DNA of 64,000 nt from Felis catus (taxonomy: Eukaryota), in the NCBI RefSeq assembly GCF_018350175.1, contig NC_058368.1:226362001-226426000 (forward strand), written 5' to 3'. Numbering within the stretch: position 1 is the first letter of the stretch; every line of letters begins with the position of its first letter. A program made the position numbers and the translations under genes. The notes below the pieces were generated by a model, which was not told the DNA's origin, searched no databases, and saw nothing but the letters and a program-made list of their open reading frames with translations. This document shows positions 25,333-36,421 of the stretch, in pieces.

Positions 25333-25688
25333 GATAAAATCACTGAAAATCTACGGTTCTTAAGTTAGGCTTATAATACAAGTCATAGTACCTCTCTGAC
25401 CTAAGCGAGAACTTGTAGATACTTAGAGTCTCCTTTTCTGACTTCTCTAAATGCATATGGTGGAAATAGGAAGTGATGGATTAGGCAGTGTTATTGGAGG
25501 GCTTTTAAAAGTGTTTCAACTCAGTTGAAGTATCCAGACAATAACTTACAGCAGCAACAGTAGAAGGAAAAGGGTGAATTATGCAGAGGAAACATTAAAA
25601 ATCATTTGGCTATAATGAAGCTTGAATTCCCTCTGCACAGATGATAAATCTTAGCATTTCTTAGATTTTTCTAATTGTATAGATTATT

Positions 25689-25912
25689 ATTTTTTTTTCT
25701 TCAACGTTTTTTTTTTTATTTATTTTTGGGACAGAGAGAGACAGAGCATGAACGGGGGAGGGGCAGAGAGAGAGGGAGACACAGAATCGGAAACAGGCTC
25801 CAGGCTCTGAGCCATCAGCCCAGAGCCCGACGCGGGGCTCGAACTCACGGACCGCGAGATCGTGACCTGGCTGAAGTCGGACGCTTAACCGACTGCGCCA
25901 CCCAGGCGCCCC
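25689..25912 (-). mobile_element. Very young Felis-type SINEC_Fc
   Basis: CpGs intact; perfect 16-bp TSD aattgtatagattatt. Confidence 0.98.
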
Positions 25913-26012
25913 AAATTGTATAGATTATTTTAAAAAATGCATCACTATTTCAGTAATGCTGTTTTAAAAAGGGATTATCACCAAACTTCTTATCAGAAAT
26001 AGTTAATAAACT

Positions 26013-26234
26013 TTTTTTCAAAAATGTTTTAATGTTTATTATTTTTGAGAGAGAGAGAGAGACAGAGAGAGAAAGCAGGGGAGGGGCAGAGAGAGAGGGA
26101 ATCACAGAATTGGCAGGCTCCAGGTTCCGAGCTGCCAGCACAGAGCCTGAAGCGGGGCTTGAACTCACAGACTCGCAGGTGAGATCACCTGAACTGAAGT
26201 CGGTTGCTTAACCAACTGAGCCACCCAGGTGCCC
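26013..26234 (-). mobile_element. CanSINE
   Basis: TSD tagttaa(t/c)aaact. Confidence 0.96.
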
Positions 26235-26699
26235 TAGTTAACAAACTCTTGATCTCTTTCTGAATTTGTTTATAGTATTCAGAGTTTACATATTGAAAGA
26301 TAAGGCTAATAAACCAATGTTCTTGGCGTTCCATGTCAATTGCCATTTTCAGACCATCTTTGGAGGCTACCAAAGTTGTGTTATGTCAATGCTCTGCATT
26401 TTACTTAAAAAGAGAGAATGAAGCCTGATGTTCCCAAGAATTTTTGTCCCTTACGAAGTCAGCGCTATGAGAAATCTACATCAGGTTAGGAATGGCCCAC
26501 CCTCCTACTACCTTCCTTCTTAAAGTGACCTGGGTTATGGCACCTGGTTTTTTTGGTTTGTTTGATGTTACAAGTCTTCGCCCTGCTTTTTATTTCGGAG
26601 TAGCTGCTGAATAACCATATGTTTGTGGAAGGAGAAAATAAATGGGGCCCGGAGGTAGTAATGATCAAAGAGAGCCACACACCAGCAGACACTCACAAG

Positions 26700-26877
26700 T
26701 GCTCCGATTCTTAGACCTAGCTGCACGTTGAAATTCCCTGGAGAGTTTTAAAACAACGGCGATCCTAGACCTTACCTCCTGAGATTATGATTTAATCGGC
26801 ATGGTGTGCATCACAAGTACTGGAGGTTTCCAAAGTTCCCATATGTTCCAATATGGAAGAGAGTTGGAAATACCCTG
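26700..26877. mobile_element. MER5-like hAT-Charlie MITE
   Basis: gctgcacgttgaaattccctggagagttttaaaa...gagattatgatttaatcgg...agttggaaatacc. Confidence 0.7.
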
Positions 26878-27679
26878 ATTTAGGGAACCTGAGCACCACC
26901 GCATACCTTTAATGAAAGTTTCAGCTGATTCTAGCCATCCATAGCTTCTGCTACTTTAACTCTAAAACCACCACTGATGTTCCCGCATACCCTCACTTTG
27001 GTTCATTACGTAAATCTCTGTGGCTCAGTAATTTGCTAGGAAACACGAGCCTTTGCTTTTTAGTGAGGAAGACAATTAGAAGTCATGTGCAAGCCTCCTG
27101 ATAAATCACACAAAGAGAATCTTACCTTAATCCCTGGTAAGGTTGTTTAGGGGTACATCAAGAAGGATGGACAGCTACTCATTGAAGAGAAGGATAAACC
27201 CTCCACATGTTAATCTTTAATCACTGGAACCCAAACGGGAGTGTTTTCATTGGCTTGTAGCCAGTTGTTGGTAAATTTCATAGTGCTTTCTAGCACTCAT
27301 GGTCTCTGGGAGGCTATTAATGCCCCTTCCTCTGCCTTCTTTTTTTCTGTTTGTTTGTTCCACCGGATTTTTGTTGCCCATCTGTGATTTAGAGAGATGA
27401 GTCTGGGTAGTCTTCTAGGCATGAACAAAGAAGCAACTCTCACTGGGAGAAGGAACTCTACTATTGCCTGAACTTTGCTCCAGGCTTTAGGATGATAAAG
27501 ACTAATTTTGCCATTTTTTCACAACACACAGAGAAATTTGCCCACGAATGGCGGAGTAGACACTGGTAACATGATGCAGAAGGTATGTGTCTCAGTCTCA
27601 TCTCCCTATAAGACTTTTTTTACAAACTTGACCAAGTGGTTCTCTTAAGCACTTAATAGTTTAAAAATGTCATCTTACT

Positions 27680-27897
27680 GGGGCGCCTGGGTGGCGCAGT
27701 CGGTTAAGCGTCCGACTTCAGCCAGGTCACGATCTTGCGGTCAGTGAGTTCGAGCCCCGCATCAGGCTCTGGGCTGATGGCTCGGAGCCTGGAGCCTGTT
27801 TCCGATTCTGTGTCTCCCTCTCTCTCTGCCCCTTCCCCGTTCATGCTCTGTCTCTCTCTGTCCCAAAAATAAATAAAAAACGTTGAAAAAAAAATTT
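27680..27897 (+). mobile_element. Young Felis-type SINEC_Fc
   Basis: Perfect 16-bp TSD aaaaatgtcatcttac. Confidence 0.97.
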
Positions 27898-29377
27898 AAA
27901 AATGTCATCTTACAAAGATTAAAATCAAGGGAGGAAACACTCAGTGGCTTCTGGAAGGCATTTGTGTAAGCATTTTAGGTGGACCTTATAGGTAGATCAC
28001 AATTCATCAGAATTGGGAAGGCAAAATTAATAGTTATTGAGAAGTTCTTGGGTGATAACGCAATATAAATTAATTTTAGTGACTATGAAAGCCCTTTATG
28101 AAATCTCGTTAAATTGGCCTCTCAGATCGTCCAGACAGGCTTTTTTGATTGAGGAGAAGAGTTCAGGGACATGCAGAGCTTATGGTAGCATGATATCGGA
28201 CCAAGGAGGCGTAACCGTAGAGTCAGGTGTTCGGGTGCCTGGAAGAGCAGGTAGATATGGAGTAGAACAACATGGCAGCCATTAGGGAACAAAGAATCCC
28301 AGAATAAGTTACCTTTTTTTTTTTTTTTTAAAGATCGGCATTTCCTTCCCTCTCCACTGGAAAAACACATGTATTTAAAATAATTTCACAGACACTAACA
28401 CACACTCAATCCTTTTGGGCTCAGCAAAATAACCACATGTTATACCTTCTAATTGCCACAAAGAAAGCTACCGTATGCGTGATTACAAGTAGACTGCAGA
28501 CTGACAGCTATCATGGCTGACAGAGTTAGTATGATAATAATCGTATTTCGTACGGCCCTCACGGCCTCGCTATGTTCAGGGACAGCCCCTGAACAAAGCC
28601 TAGAAATGCACACGGTCAATATTTATATCAGGATGGTTTGGAGCCATTTCCAACAACAGCTGTGCAAATGGTCGATGCCGTACTGTTTTCAGACTTAAAT
28701 CTCCATTTGGCAATTCCTACATATGTCCAAACACTGAAAATATTTTCACTTTTGATATGTAGGAGAATCCAATTTGGGATTTAAGTGTTAAGCCAAGAGG
28801 GATCATCCATTCTCTTGCCTTCCCTTCCACATGTTGCTTTATTGTCCTCCCCCGCTCTCCTTCTCGGTGACAATGCACACTGCCATGACTTCCCCTTGAG
28901 AAATTCCCAGAGCTTGCTCTTTTGTGCTGTCATAAACATAAGGGGTGAGGCATTGGCTGGAAATGTAAACTTGGATCAAGCTTCCAAAACACAACAGAAC
29001 AATTGGTGGTCTCGTCGGGTCCAGTCCTTTAATTGGACAAAACCATAGTCTTGACGAGGCTGTACTGTTTATAAGGCTCATCTCCACATATAAACGATTT
29101 TTAAAAATTATGGGAGACCCAGTTTATAAATGCAATGAGTCTTTGTTTAGAAAAAGCAATTTATCTGTCTCTTGAGTTGTTCAGTTTTTTCTTAGTCCTC
29201 TTTCCAGCCCAAAGCAAAACAAAGCACCATTAGGTCTTTTAACCGAGGCAAGCCACAGTGAACTTGCTCAATGCAAAGAACTCTTGTTGTAAATCATTTT
29301 GAGGAGAGTGTGAATATTAGATCAGCAATGTTGCTTTGCGAGCTATGACTCTTGGAAAATATGTGCTGCGAGCATAG

Positions 29378-29434
29378 GCACGCACCCGTGCGCGCACACA
29401 CACACGCACACACACACACGGGCAAACACACACG
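29378..29434 (+). repeat. Interrupted (CA)n/(CG)n microsatellite
   Basis: Seen directly. Confidence 0.85.
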
Positions 29435-30321
29435 TAGCTTCCAAAGTTTTGTCAGACTTTATTAGAAAAGGATTTTCTCTTTGGCTGTGTATACACTATT
29501 TGGACCCTGACAATTAAGGAAGTGGAAGATCTTTGGTTTATGGGGTGGAAAGACCTATTGGCAGGATGGTCAAGCATAAACTAGCATAATGAAGGGACAA
29601 AGTAGGGATAACTGACATTAGCCTCCATTTGAAGACAAAATGGAAGTGGGAGATTTGCTAAGTACTATCCGCTAGGATTGCTCTTTGGAAAAAAAAAAAA
29701 GAAAATTGCATAGTTTGGAGAAAGGAAATGGCTTTTGGAGACAACTAATTTAGGCTTCACCAACTTAAAAAATTTCCTGTGCCCGGTTTTACTGCCATAG
29801 TGAGAAAGGAGCTAGGTAAACACACGAGGCCACCCACTGGGACCCGTGTCCCTTCCCCCATGTGTGTTCTCACTGTGAAAATCCGCATATGCGCACATAT
29901 GAGCGCATGACCACGCACATGCGCAAAAATACACAGAGCACAAAATTATTTCTTCGTAATTCTTTCAGCTGATTAGTAGAAAGAGAAACAGGGACACCAC
30001 ATATCTGGCTGCATTTGATACAGAACATTCTAGTTGTTTGCCTGAGTGGATTTTCTTCTCTCTTCTTCTTGATATCCTTTCTTGATTTACTTACACACAT
30101 TTTAAACAAGAAAATGTCACGTTTGAATGTATGACTAATGATAATAGGGACTGTTAACTTGCCCAGTTCTGGCTATACATATGGTCATGGAAATTGAATC
30201 AAGTCCTGGAGAGATGATTTGTATATATTTTTAACATTTTGGAGGAAAAACTGGAGAACTTGAATATTACCTGATCTTCTACGTTTCATGTGGCCACCAT
30301 TAAAGTGGAAACCGATCACCG

Positions 30322-30888
30322 TGTGTGGTAGGGGCTTTCTGATAGGGTCTCAAAGATCTCACTTCCTTTTATTTGCCTATCCATGTAATCACCTCACTCT
30401 TGAGTGTGGATGGGCCCTCGTTATGTGCTTCTACAAAACGAAATTTAGACAAGTGGGAAGATGTCACTTCCGAGGTTAGACGGCAAACGTGGTGACCTCC
30501 CTCTTGCTGCACTCTCTGACTTGCTCACTCTAACGAAGAGGATGTCACGTGTGAGCTGTCCTGTGGAGAGGCCCATGTCAAGAGGACAGGGAGGCCTTCG
30601 GCTAATAGTTTGTGAATAAGCGGGCCCTCAGTCCACCCATCTTCAAGGAGCTGAATCCAGCCAAGAACCATGTATATGAGCGTGGAGTGGATCCTCTCCC
30701 AGTCAAGACTTGAGATGACCATAGCTCAGCTGATACTGCGTGCTGTCTTGAGAGGTACACGGCGCCACACGGCACAGCTAGGCGGGGCCTGATTTCCGAC
30801 CCAGAGACATTCTAAGGTAACAAAAGCTGTTGTTCTAAGCCAGCCAATCTTGGGGTAATTTGTTACACAGCAATTAGTGGCCAATAGA
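30322..30888 (+). mobile_element. MLT1 solo LTR (MLT1F-like)
   Basis: gatgtcacttccgaggttag...tgtggagaggcccatgtcaagagg...ttggggtaatttgttacacagcaat. Confidence 0.85.
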
Positions 30889-31184
30889 CCATTCTAAAAA
30901 CGTTCACCGTCATTCATGGGTAGAGTCTGATTTTTTCAAAAAAGGTAAACACAGTCACATACAATTTATTACAAGTGTCTATCCACTTTTTGGGGGGGGG
31001 GATTTTTATTTTGAAAACACCCACACCCACCACTATTCTCCTTCTAAAAGACTCTGGTGAGTCTTAAATGGTGAAAATGTCCCGAATGAAATGAGACGGT
31101 TTATAGCAACTGAATTCCTTACTCAGAAAACTGTCTTTTCTTCATTAACAGCCTGAATTTGATATTTTTAACTATCTCTCTATA

Positions 31185-31255
31185 GTTTTTAAATGTTTAT
31201 TTTTGGAAGAGAGTGAGAGCGTTAGCATGTGAACAAGTGGGGGGGGGGAGGGGCA

Positions 31256-31295
<40 letters not shown>

Positions 31296-31404
31296 AAATC
31301 TGAAGCAGGCTCCAGGCTCTGAGGTGTCAGCACAGAACCTAACGCGGGACTCAAACCCATGAGCCGAAGTCGGTGTTCAACCGACTAAGCCACCCAGGCG
31401 CCCC
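31185..31404 (-). mobile_element. CanSINE with ~20-bp internal deletion between the A and B boxes
   Basis: tcaaacccat joins gagccgaagtcgg; degenerate TSD ttaact(a/g)tct. Confidence 0.95.
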
Positions 31405-32295
31405 TTAACTGTCTATATTGAATTATTTTGTGAGCAAATTATGTTTTTCCGTTTTAGTCTACCTTTGTTTATTCATTTCAACAACAAAATAACAGATAAT
31501 CAAGATAAATGCAATTAGTTGGATGAGCCATTACCCCCTTTTTTTGGTACAAAAAATAATTCCATGAGCATTTAGTAGACAGCTAATTCTATTTGAATCT
31601 ACTATACGCTTGAGGGGATAGTTTGATATTGGTGAGCAAGTTACCTTTCCTTGGAATAGTTTCTCAAAAATAGATGAGTGTTAGGATTTTGATTAGTCTT
31701 AAGGCTCCAGCCACCTAGTTTTGTCCTCTGCCACCCTCTGAAAAATTGTCTCCAGATGTGCACTGAAGCCGAAAGACCGACAGAAGTGGCAGTTTGGCCA
31801 GCAGTGATCTAGGACTTAAAGGAATGTTCCCAAGACCACATCTTGGACTTGCTGCTAAATCTGTCCGACGAAAATGATTCCTTTCTCGCCACCTGTAAAG
31901 CTATCAGCTTGTAATGCCCAACTTGGGGTCATAAGACCCATTTCTTACAACATCAAAAATTGTCACGCCTCCATCCTGTGAGGGGAAACCAATGTGCGGG
32001 AGAAGCCTTACTCGGTGAAGAACAGCCTTTCTGTACATGGGTTTAGAAGCCATTGAGTATCTCATGATTTATTTTCAATAACAGTGCAGCAAATGGGTAG
32101 TATTTTCTCTTCTGGGAAAACCCCCCAAACCAAACCAAACAAATCAAATCTTCAAATGGTCCTGCCAAGGATCAAGGGCTTGGGAATGTGCGTTCTTCTG
32201 AATTCCCTGCCCTGTGATGATGGTCTCCAGTCGGCATCAGTGCCAAGATAGCAACTATACCAACACTGAAAATGCAGATTAAAAAATAACCTCCT

Positions 32296-32492
32296 GGGGC
32301 GCCTGGGTGGCGCAGTCGGTTGGGCGTCCGACTTCAGCCAGGTCACGATCTCGCAGTCCGTGAGTTCGAGCCCCGCGTCAGGCTCTGGGCTGATGGCTCG
32401 GAGCCTGGAGCCTGTTTCCGATTCTGTGTCTCCCTCTCTCTCTGCCCCTCCCCCGTTCATGCTCTGTCTCTCTCTGTCCCCCCCCCCCCAAA
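32296..32492 (+). mobile_element. Young Felis-type SINEC_Fc lacking its normal AATAAA tail
   Basis: Perfect TSD aaaaaataacctcct; 3' end is C12 plus a short A run. Confidence 0.96.
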
Positions 32493-33759
32493 AAAAAATA
32501 ACCTCCTGTTTCCCATCTAACTTCAAATGTTTAAAGAACACACCATAGCATATGAATGATAAATGTGAAGAGGATGGTTTTAATCACACCAAAGAATTTT
32601 TCAACTGTTGAGAGTTTGAGAGTTGGCCACCATCTTAAAAGACCAGAGAATTCAGGATCATCTGTCTGAGACTAAGAAGGCAGGCTAGGCCTTACTTAAT
32701 TAATTTTTTTTTTTAAATGACTGGACCGACATGTCACTAAATATTTTAGTTGATAATACATATTTTGGTAAAAAAAAATATACGAGGTTATTTTTCAATA
32801 TGCCTTTCTGAAATTGGGACTATATTAGTCTTCAAAAAAATCACCTTGCCTGGTGATCCCACACTTATGTTATGTCTGCTCTGCAAACTTAATAGTTTCA
32901 CTTCAGTTTAGCCTTAGGGGTTTGGTCAAGGAGAAAGAACAGGTTCTGTGCCCATAAAAAAGAGATCTTCTTCCAAAGGGGAAGAGACTGAGAAGAGATT
33001 GTGTTTACTGCATTAAAGACCACGTGACTTCACAGGATTCACTGCTCATATTCCCCTGCCTGGAAGCACTGATGTATTTCTGGATCTGTAGGGTGACTTC
33101 CATCAGGTCTGAAATGTGACTTCTGTAGAAATCTTGGCTGCTTATGAAGAATGGGGGAGCTGTTGTGATTCCTCGTCATCGAGAGCAGACATTTCCTGCC
33201 TTGTATGACCACGCCTCAGACAAGTCAGATACACAGAGAAAGCTCTGTGCTCCAACACGAGCCTGGATTGGGTTCCACAAGAGCGTCTTGTATGACTTCT
33301 GGCCCTAACCCCTCAGGCGCTGATATACTCATCTCCGGTGGGTCACTGAGACCGCAGCACCAGATGACCCGTAGCCAACACTTCTCTCATCGTCTTGTGG
33401 GAGCTTATGCTTGGTAGCTGCACTTTCTCAATGAGGCAGATAAGAGAATTTGAGTCTCCACGGAGAGATGCTAGTAACTTACGGAGAGAATTATAGGATC
33501 TCTGCAGAAAAGTAAAAGCCTCAAAAAAACAAACAAGCTCAAATTTGGAAACAACAAGTCCAGCAGAACAATGAAATCATCTATCTTGTGAGCCATTGTT
33601 TTTTAAAAATGGCGTCTGGCTTCCTCCGAAAAATAGCATATCTGGCTAAAGAATCTATGTTTTAAAGACAACTTTTGGCAGTGAGTAATAAGTTTCCTCC
33701 TGGCTGCCCTACGGAGGGGAGTCCACGCAAGAAGGTAATGCGTTTGGTGGATGAGAGTG

Positions 33760-33925
33760 AAATTTCTGGAAACAGCCTGCTTGGGAAAGTTACTTATCTC
33801 TCTGTTGATTAGTTTTCTCATCTGTAGAATGGGAATGGAGATAGTAGGAGCCTGCTGGGGGAGTATCCAATAAACGTAGGCAGAAGGATTACGGTAAGTA
33901 CTCAGTACATGATTTTTTATTATTA
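33760..33925 (+). mobile_element. MIR
   Basis: ttgggaaagttacttatctctctg...agttttctcatctgtagaatgggaat. Confidence 0.75.
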
Positions 33926-34389
33926 AGTGAAAATATAAAACTTTCCTTGGCCTACATCTTTCAGAATTTATTTCGCTCAGCACATGTTACAAACCAAAGT
34001 ATTTATGTGATAAGGAGCAGGGCTTCTCAGCTCCCTATTGTTAAAGTACCAGTGGTTTGTTTCCCACCCATCCCAGGCCAATGCTTTCGCAAAATTAGTA
34101 ACAGTGACTTATTAGGAAAGGGGGATGAAACTGGGATAAAGATACCGAGATCCAAGCCTAAGCTGCTGTATAAAATGTTTCTGAGAGCTTCTTCTCGATT
34201 TTTATACTTGTCCCTTTGTAGGCTGGTCACACAGTTCACGGACCGGTCTGCAGACCCCACCTGGAGCGACACCGGGGTAAGAGGGCTACTGTTTTTCCCC
34301 AGGACTGTCGTGCACACCTGCACATTCTCTAGTGTTGGGCAACTGCTCCATCCCTGAAGTGACACTTCCCTCTACCTGCAGGCACTGAA

Positions 34390-34742
34390 AATGCTAGGGC
34401 CAGCCCTTGGCCTGGGTTCAGCCATCAGGTATAGACTTGGAATGGAAGCTAGGGAGGAGAAGAAGCAGAGAACCAGAGTCCATTCCAGTAAATGGTGGAC
34501 AGAGCACAAGTACGACTCAGCCTCCAGGAACAGAAGCGATTCTAGAAGCAGCCTGGCGGGGGGCGGGGGGGGGGGGGCGGTGTCTGTGGGTGCAGTTCCT
34601 TACCAGACCAGCATCTGGCCACTTTGATTTCAGATTTTCCTGGTGGGTCAGTGATCTACTTAACATTCTTCCCACCAGTTCCTCCTGCTTAAATTAGCTG
34701 GCAGATTTGTATTGTTTGCAACTGAGAGCCCTGAGTAAGTAA
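34390..34742 (+). mobile_element. Old MaLR/ERVL LTR fragment (MLT1J/K-like)
   Basis: 3' end ctgcttaaattagctggcagatttgtattgtttgcaactgagagccctgagta. Confidence 0.5.
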
Positions 34743-34771
34743 TTCACATGAATTTAAAAGACAAAGTCAAT

Positions 34772-34912
34772 GGGGTACCTGGGTGGCTCAGTGGGTTAAG
34801 CGTCTGACTCCGTCTGACTTTGTGTGACTTCAGCTCAGGTTATGATCTCACGTGGGTTTGAGCCCCGTGTCGGGCTCTGTGCTGACAACTCAGAACCTGG
34901 AGCCTGCTTTGG

Positions 34913-34951
<39 letters not shown>

Positions 34952-35017
34952 TTCTCCCACGCTCATGCTCTGTCTCTCTTCCTCTCCCCAAAATGAATAT
35001 ACGTTAAAAAAAATTTT
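34772..35017 (+). mobile_element. CanSINE with internal 10-bp triplication
   Basis: Perfect TSD aaaagacaaagtcaa. Confidence 0.96.
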
Positions 35018-36044
35018 AAAAGACAAAGTCAAGCCAACGGGCTGTCCTGGCATTTGACATTCCATTGAGTCTAGCTATCCTGGGGCTGTTTAGAAACATT
35101 TTGGGCATTCTCATCCATATCATTGCCTCATTACTAACCCCAGTTCTACTGACTTCTTTTTTATTTTATTTTATTTTATTTTTTTGCCTAGTTCTCTACA
35201 GTACCATCGTGTGTATAAAGGCGCCCTTCAGTTTAGTTCCAAAATCAAGCTGAAAATCGATGAACATTTTGTACTGCATTCTGACAAGTTCAAGTGACAT
35301 GGGCCAGTAGGGAGTACATGTGTCACAATTAGATAGGAAATCGGTCTTGCTGGATTGTCCTTTTTTCGCACCGAGGGAATTTATGCTGAGAATTTCCTCT
35401 TTGGTGGTCTTGAACAAAATTTAGCCCAGCAAATTTTCCCATGTAGGAGACTGCTCAAGTGGAAGCCTCCTGCCATTTAATGGGTGATGGGGGTAATTTT
35501 CTGCCCAATCAACAGAAACCTCTTTAACCTCGAGAGAGGGGCAGAATGGTGAGTTCCCCTCGGGATCTGTGACCTTCCATTCGTGTCATGGTGCATGCAG
35601 AGACCATCCAGGCATCTTCTAGGAAAACTTTAGATTTCAAAAATAAGGAGATTAGACCTGAGGATTTCTTTTCCTTTCTTAACTGAGAGACTGGCTGCTG
35701 TCCTTAAAGTTCTCCTCGGGCCATTATGAAAGCTGAGCTTCCTATTTGAGTAGCCAGCACACTGTGCATCAAAATACTTCCTCCTGTGTGATCTCTGAAG
35801 GACATATAAGGATAAAAGAAAAATGAAGTACCTGAAATTATCATTAGTGGAGCTAGGACTTCGCTGGTTTGTACAGGGTCGTATAGGTTCCATATCAAGG
35901 TGCACATAATTATTGAAAGAGGAAATAATGAAATCATCACCTATTACTGGTGAGTTAGCAGAGATCCCTGTTTCGACTTGCTTTTGTCTGAGTACCCAGT
36001 TAGCTGACAGCAAGCAAGTTCATTTGGGAACGAGAGAGTTCAGG

Positions 36045-36170
36045 GCAACAGGTTCTTGACCTTGGCTGCATATTAAACTCTCCATTATCCGTGTCTGGTC
36101 CCACTTCTCAAGAGTCTGATACTCTGAAGGGTCTTCAGGAGATCATACCCCAAACTTAGAAACTCCACTG
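36045..36170. mobile_element. MER5-like fragment
   Basis: ggttcttgaccttggctgcatatta...agagtctgat...aaacttagaaactccactg. Confidence 0.5.
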
Positions 36171-36249
36171 GTGTCTTCACATAAAACTTCAGAGTAAAAA
36201 ATCTTACTCCTTAAAATAAGAAAATATTATCCTTTGTCAGCGTTTTTGT

Positions 36250-36421
36250 GGCTTATTTCTTTATTTATTTTGAGAGAGACAGAGAGATCGCAAGTGGGGA
36301 GGGGCAGAGAGGGAGGGAGAATGCTAAAGCAGGCTTCGTGCCGTCAGTGAGCCATGAGATCACGACCTGAGCGGAAACCAAGAGCCAGACACTTAACTGA
36401 CTGAGCCACCCAGGCACCCCC
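36250..36421 (-). mobile_element. CanSINE with B-box-region deletion
   Basis: gccgtcagt joins gagccatgagatc; partial TSD tgtcagc. Confidence 0.93.

Noticed and set aside
25675-25923. Near-identical peptides here and at 49052-49288 suggesting a gene family
   Set aside because: Both are antisense translations of young SINEC_Fc copies.
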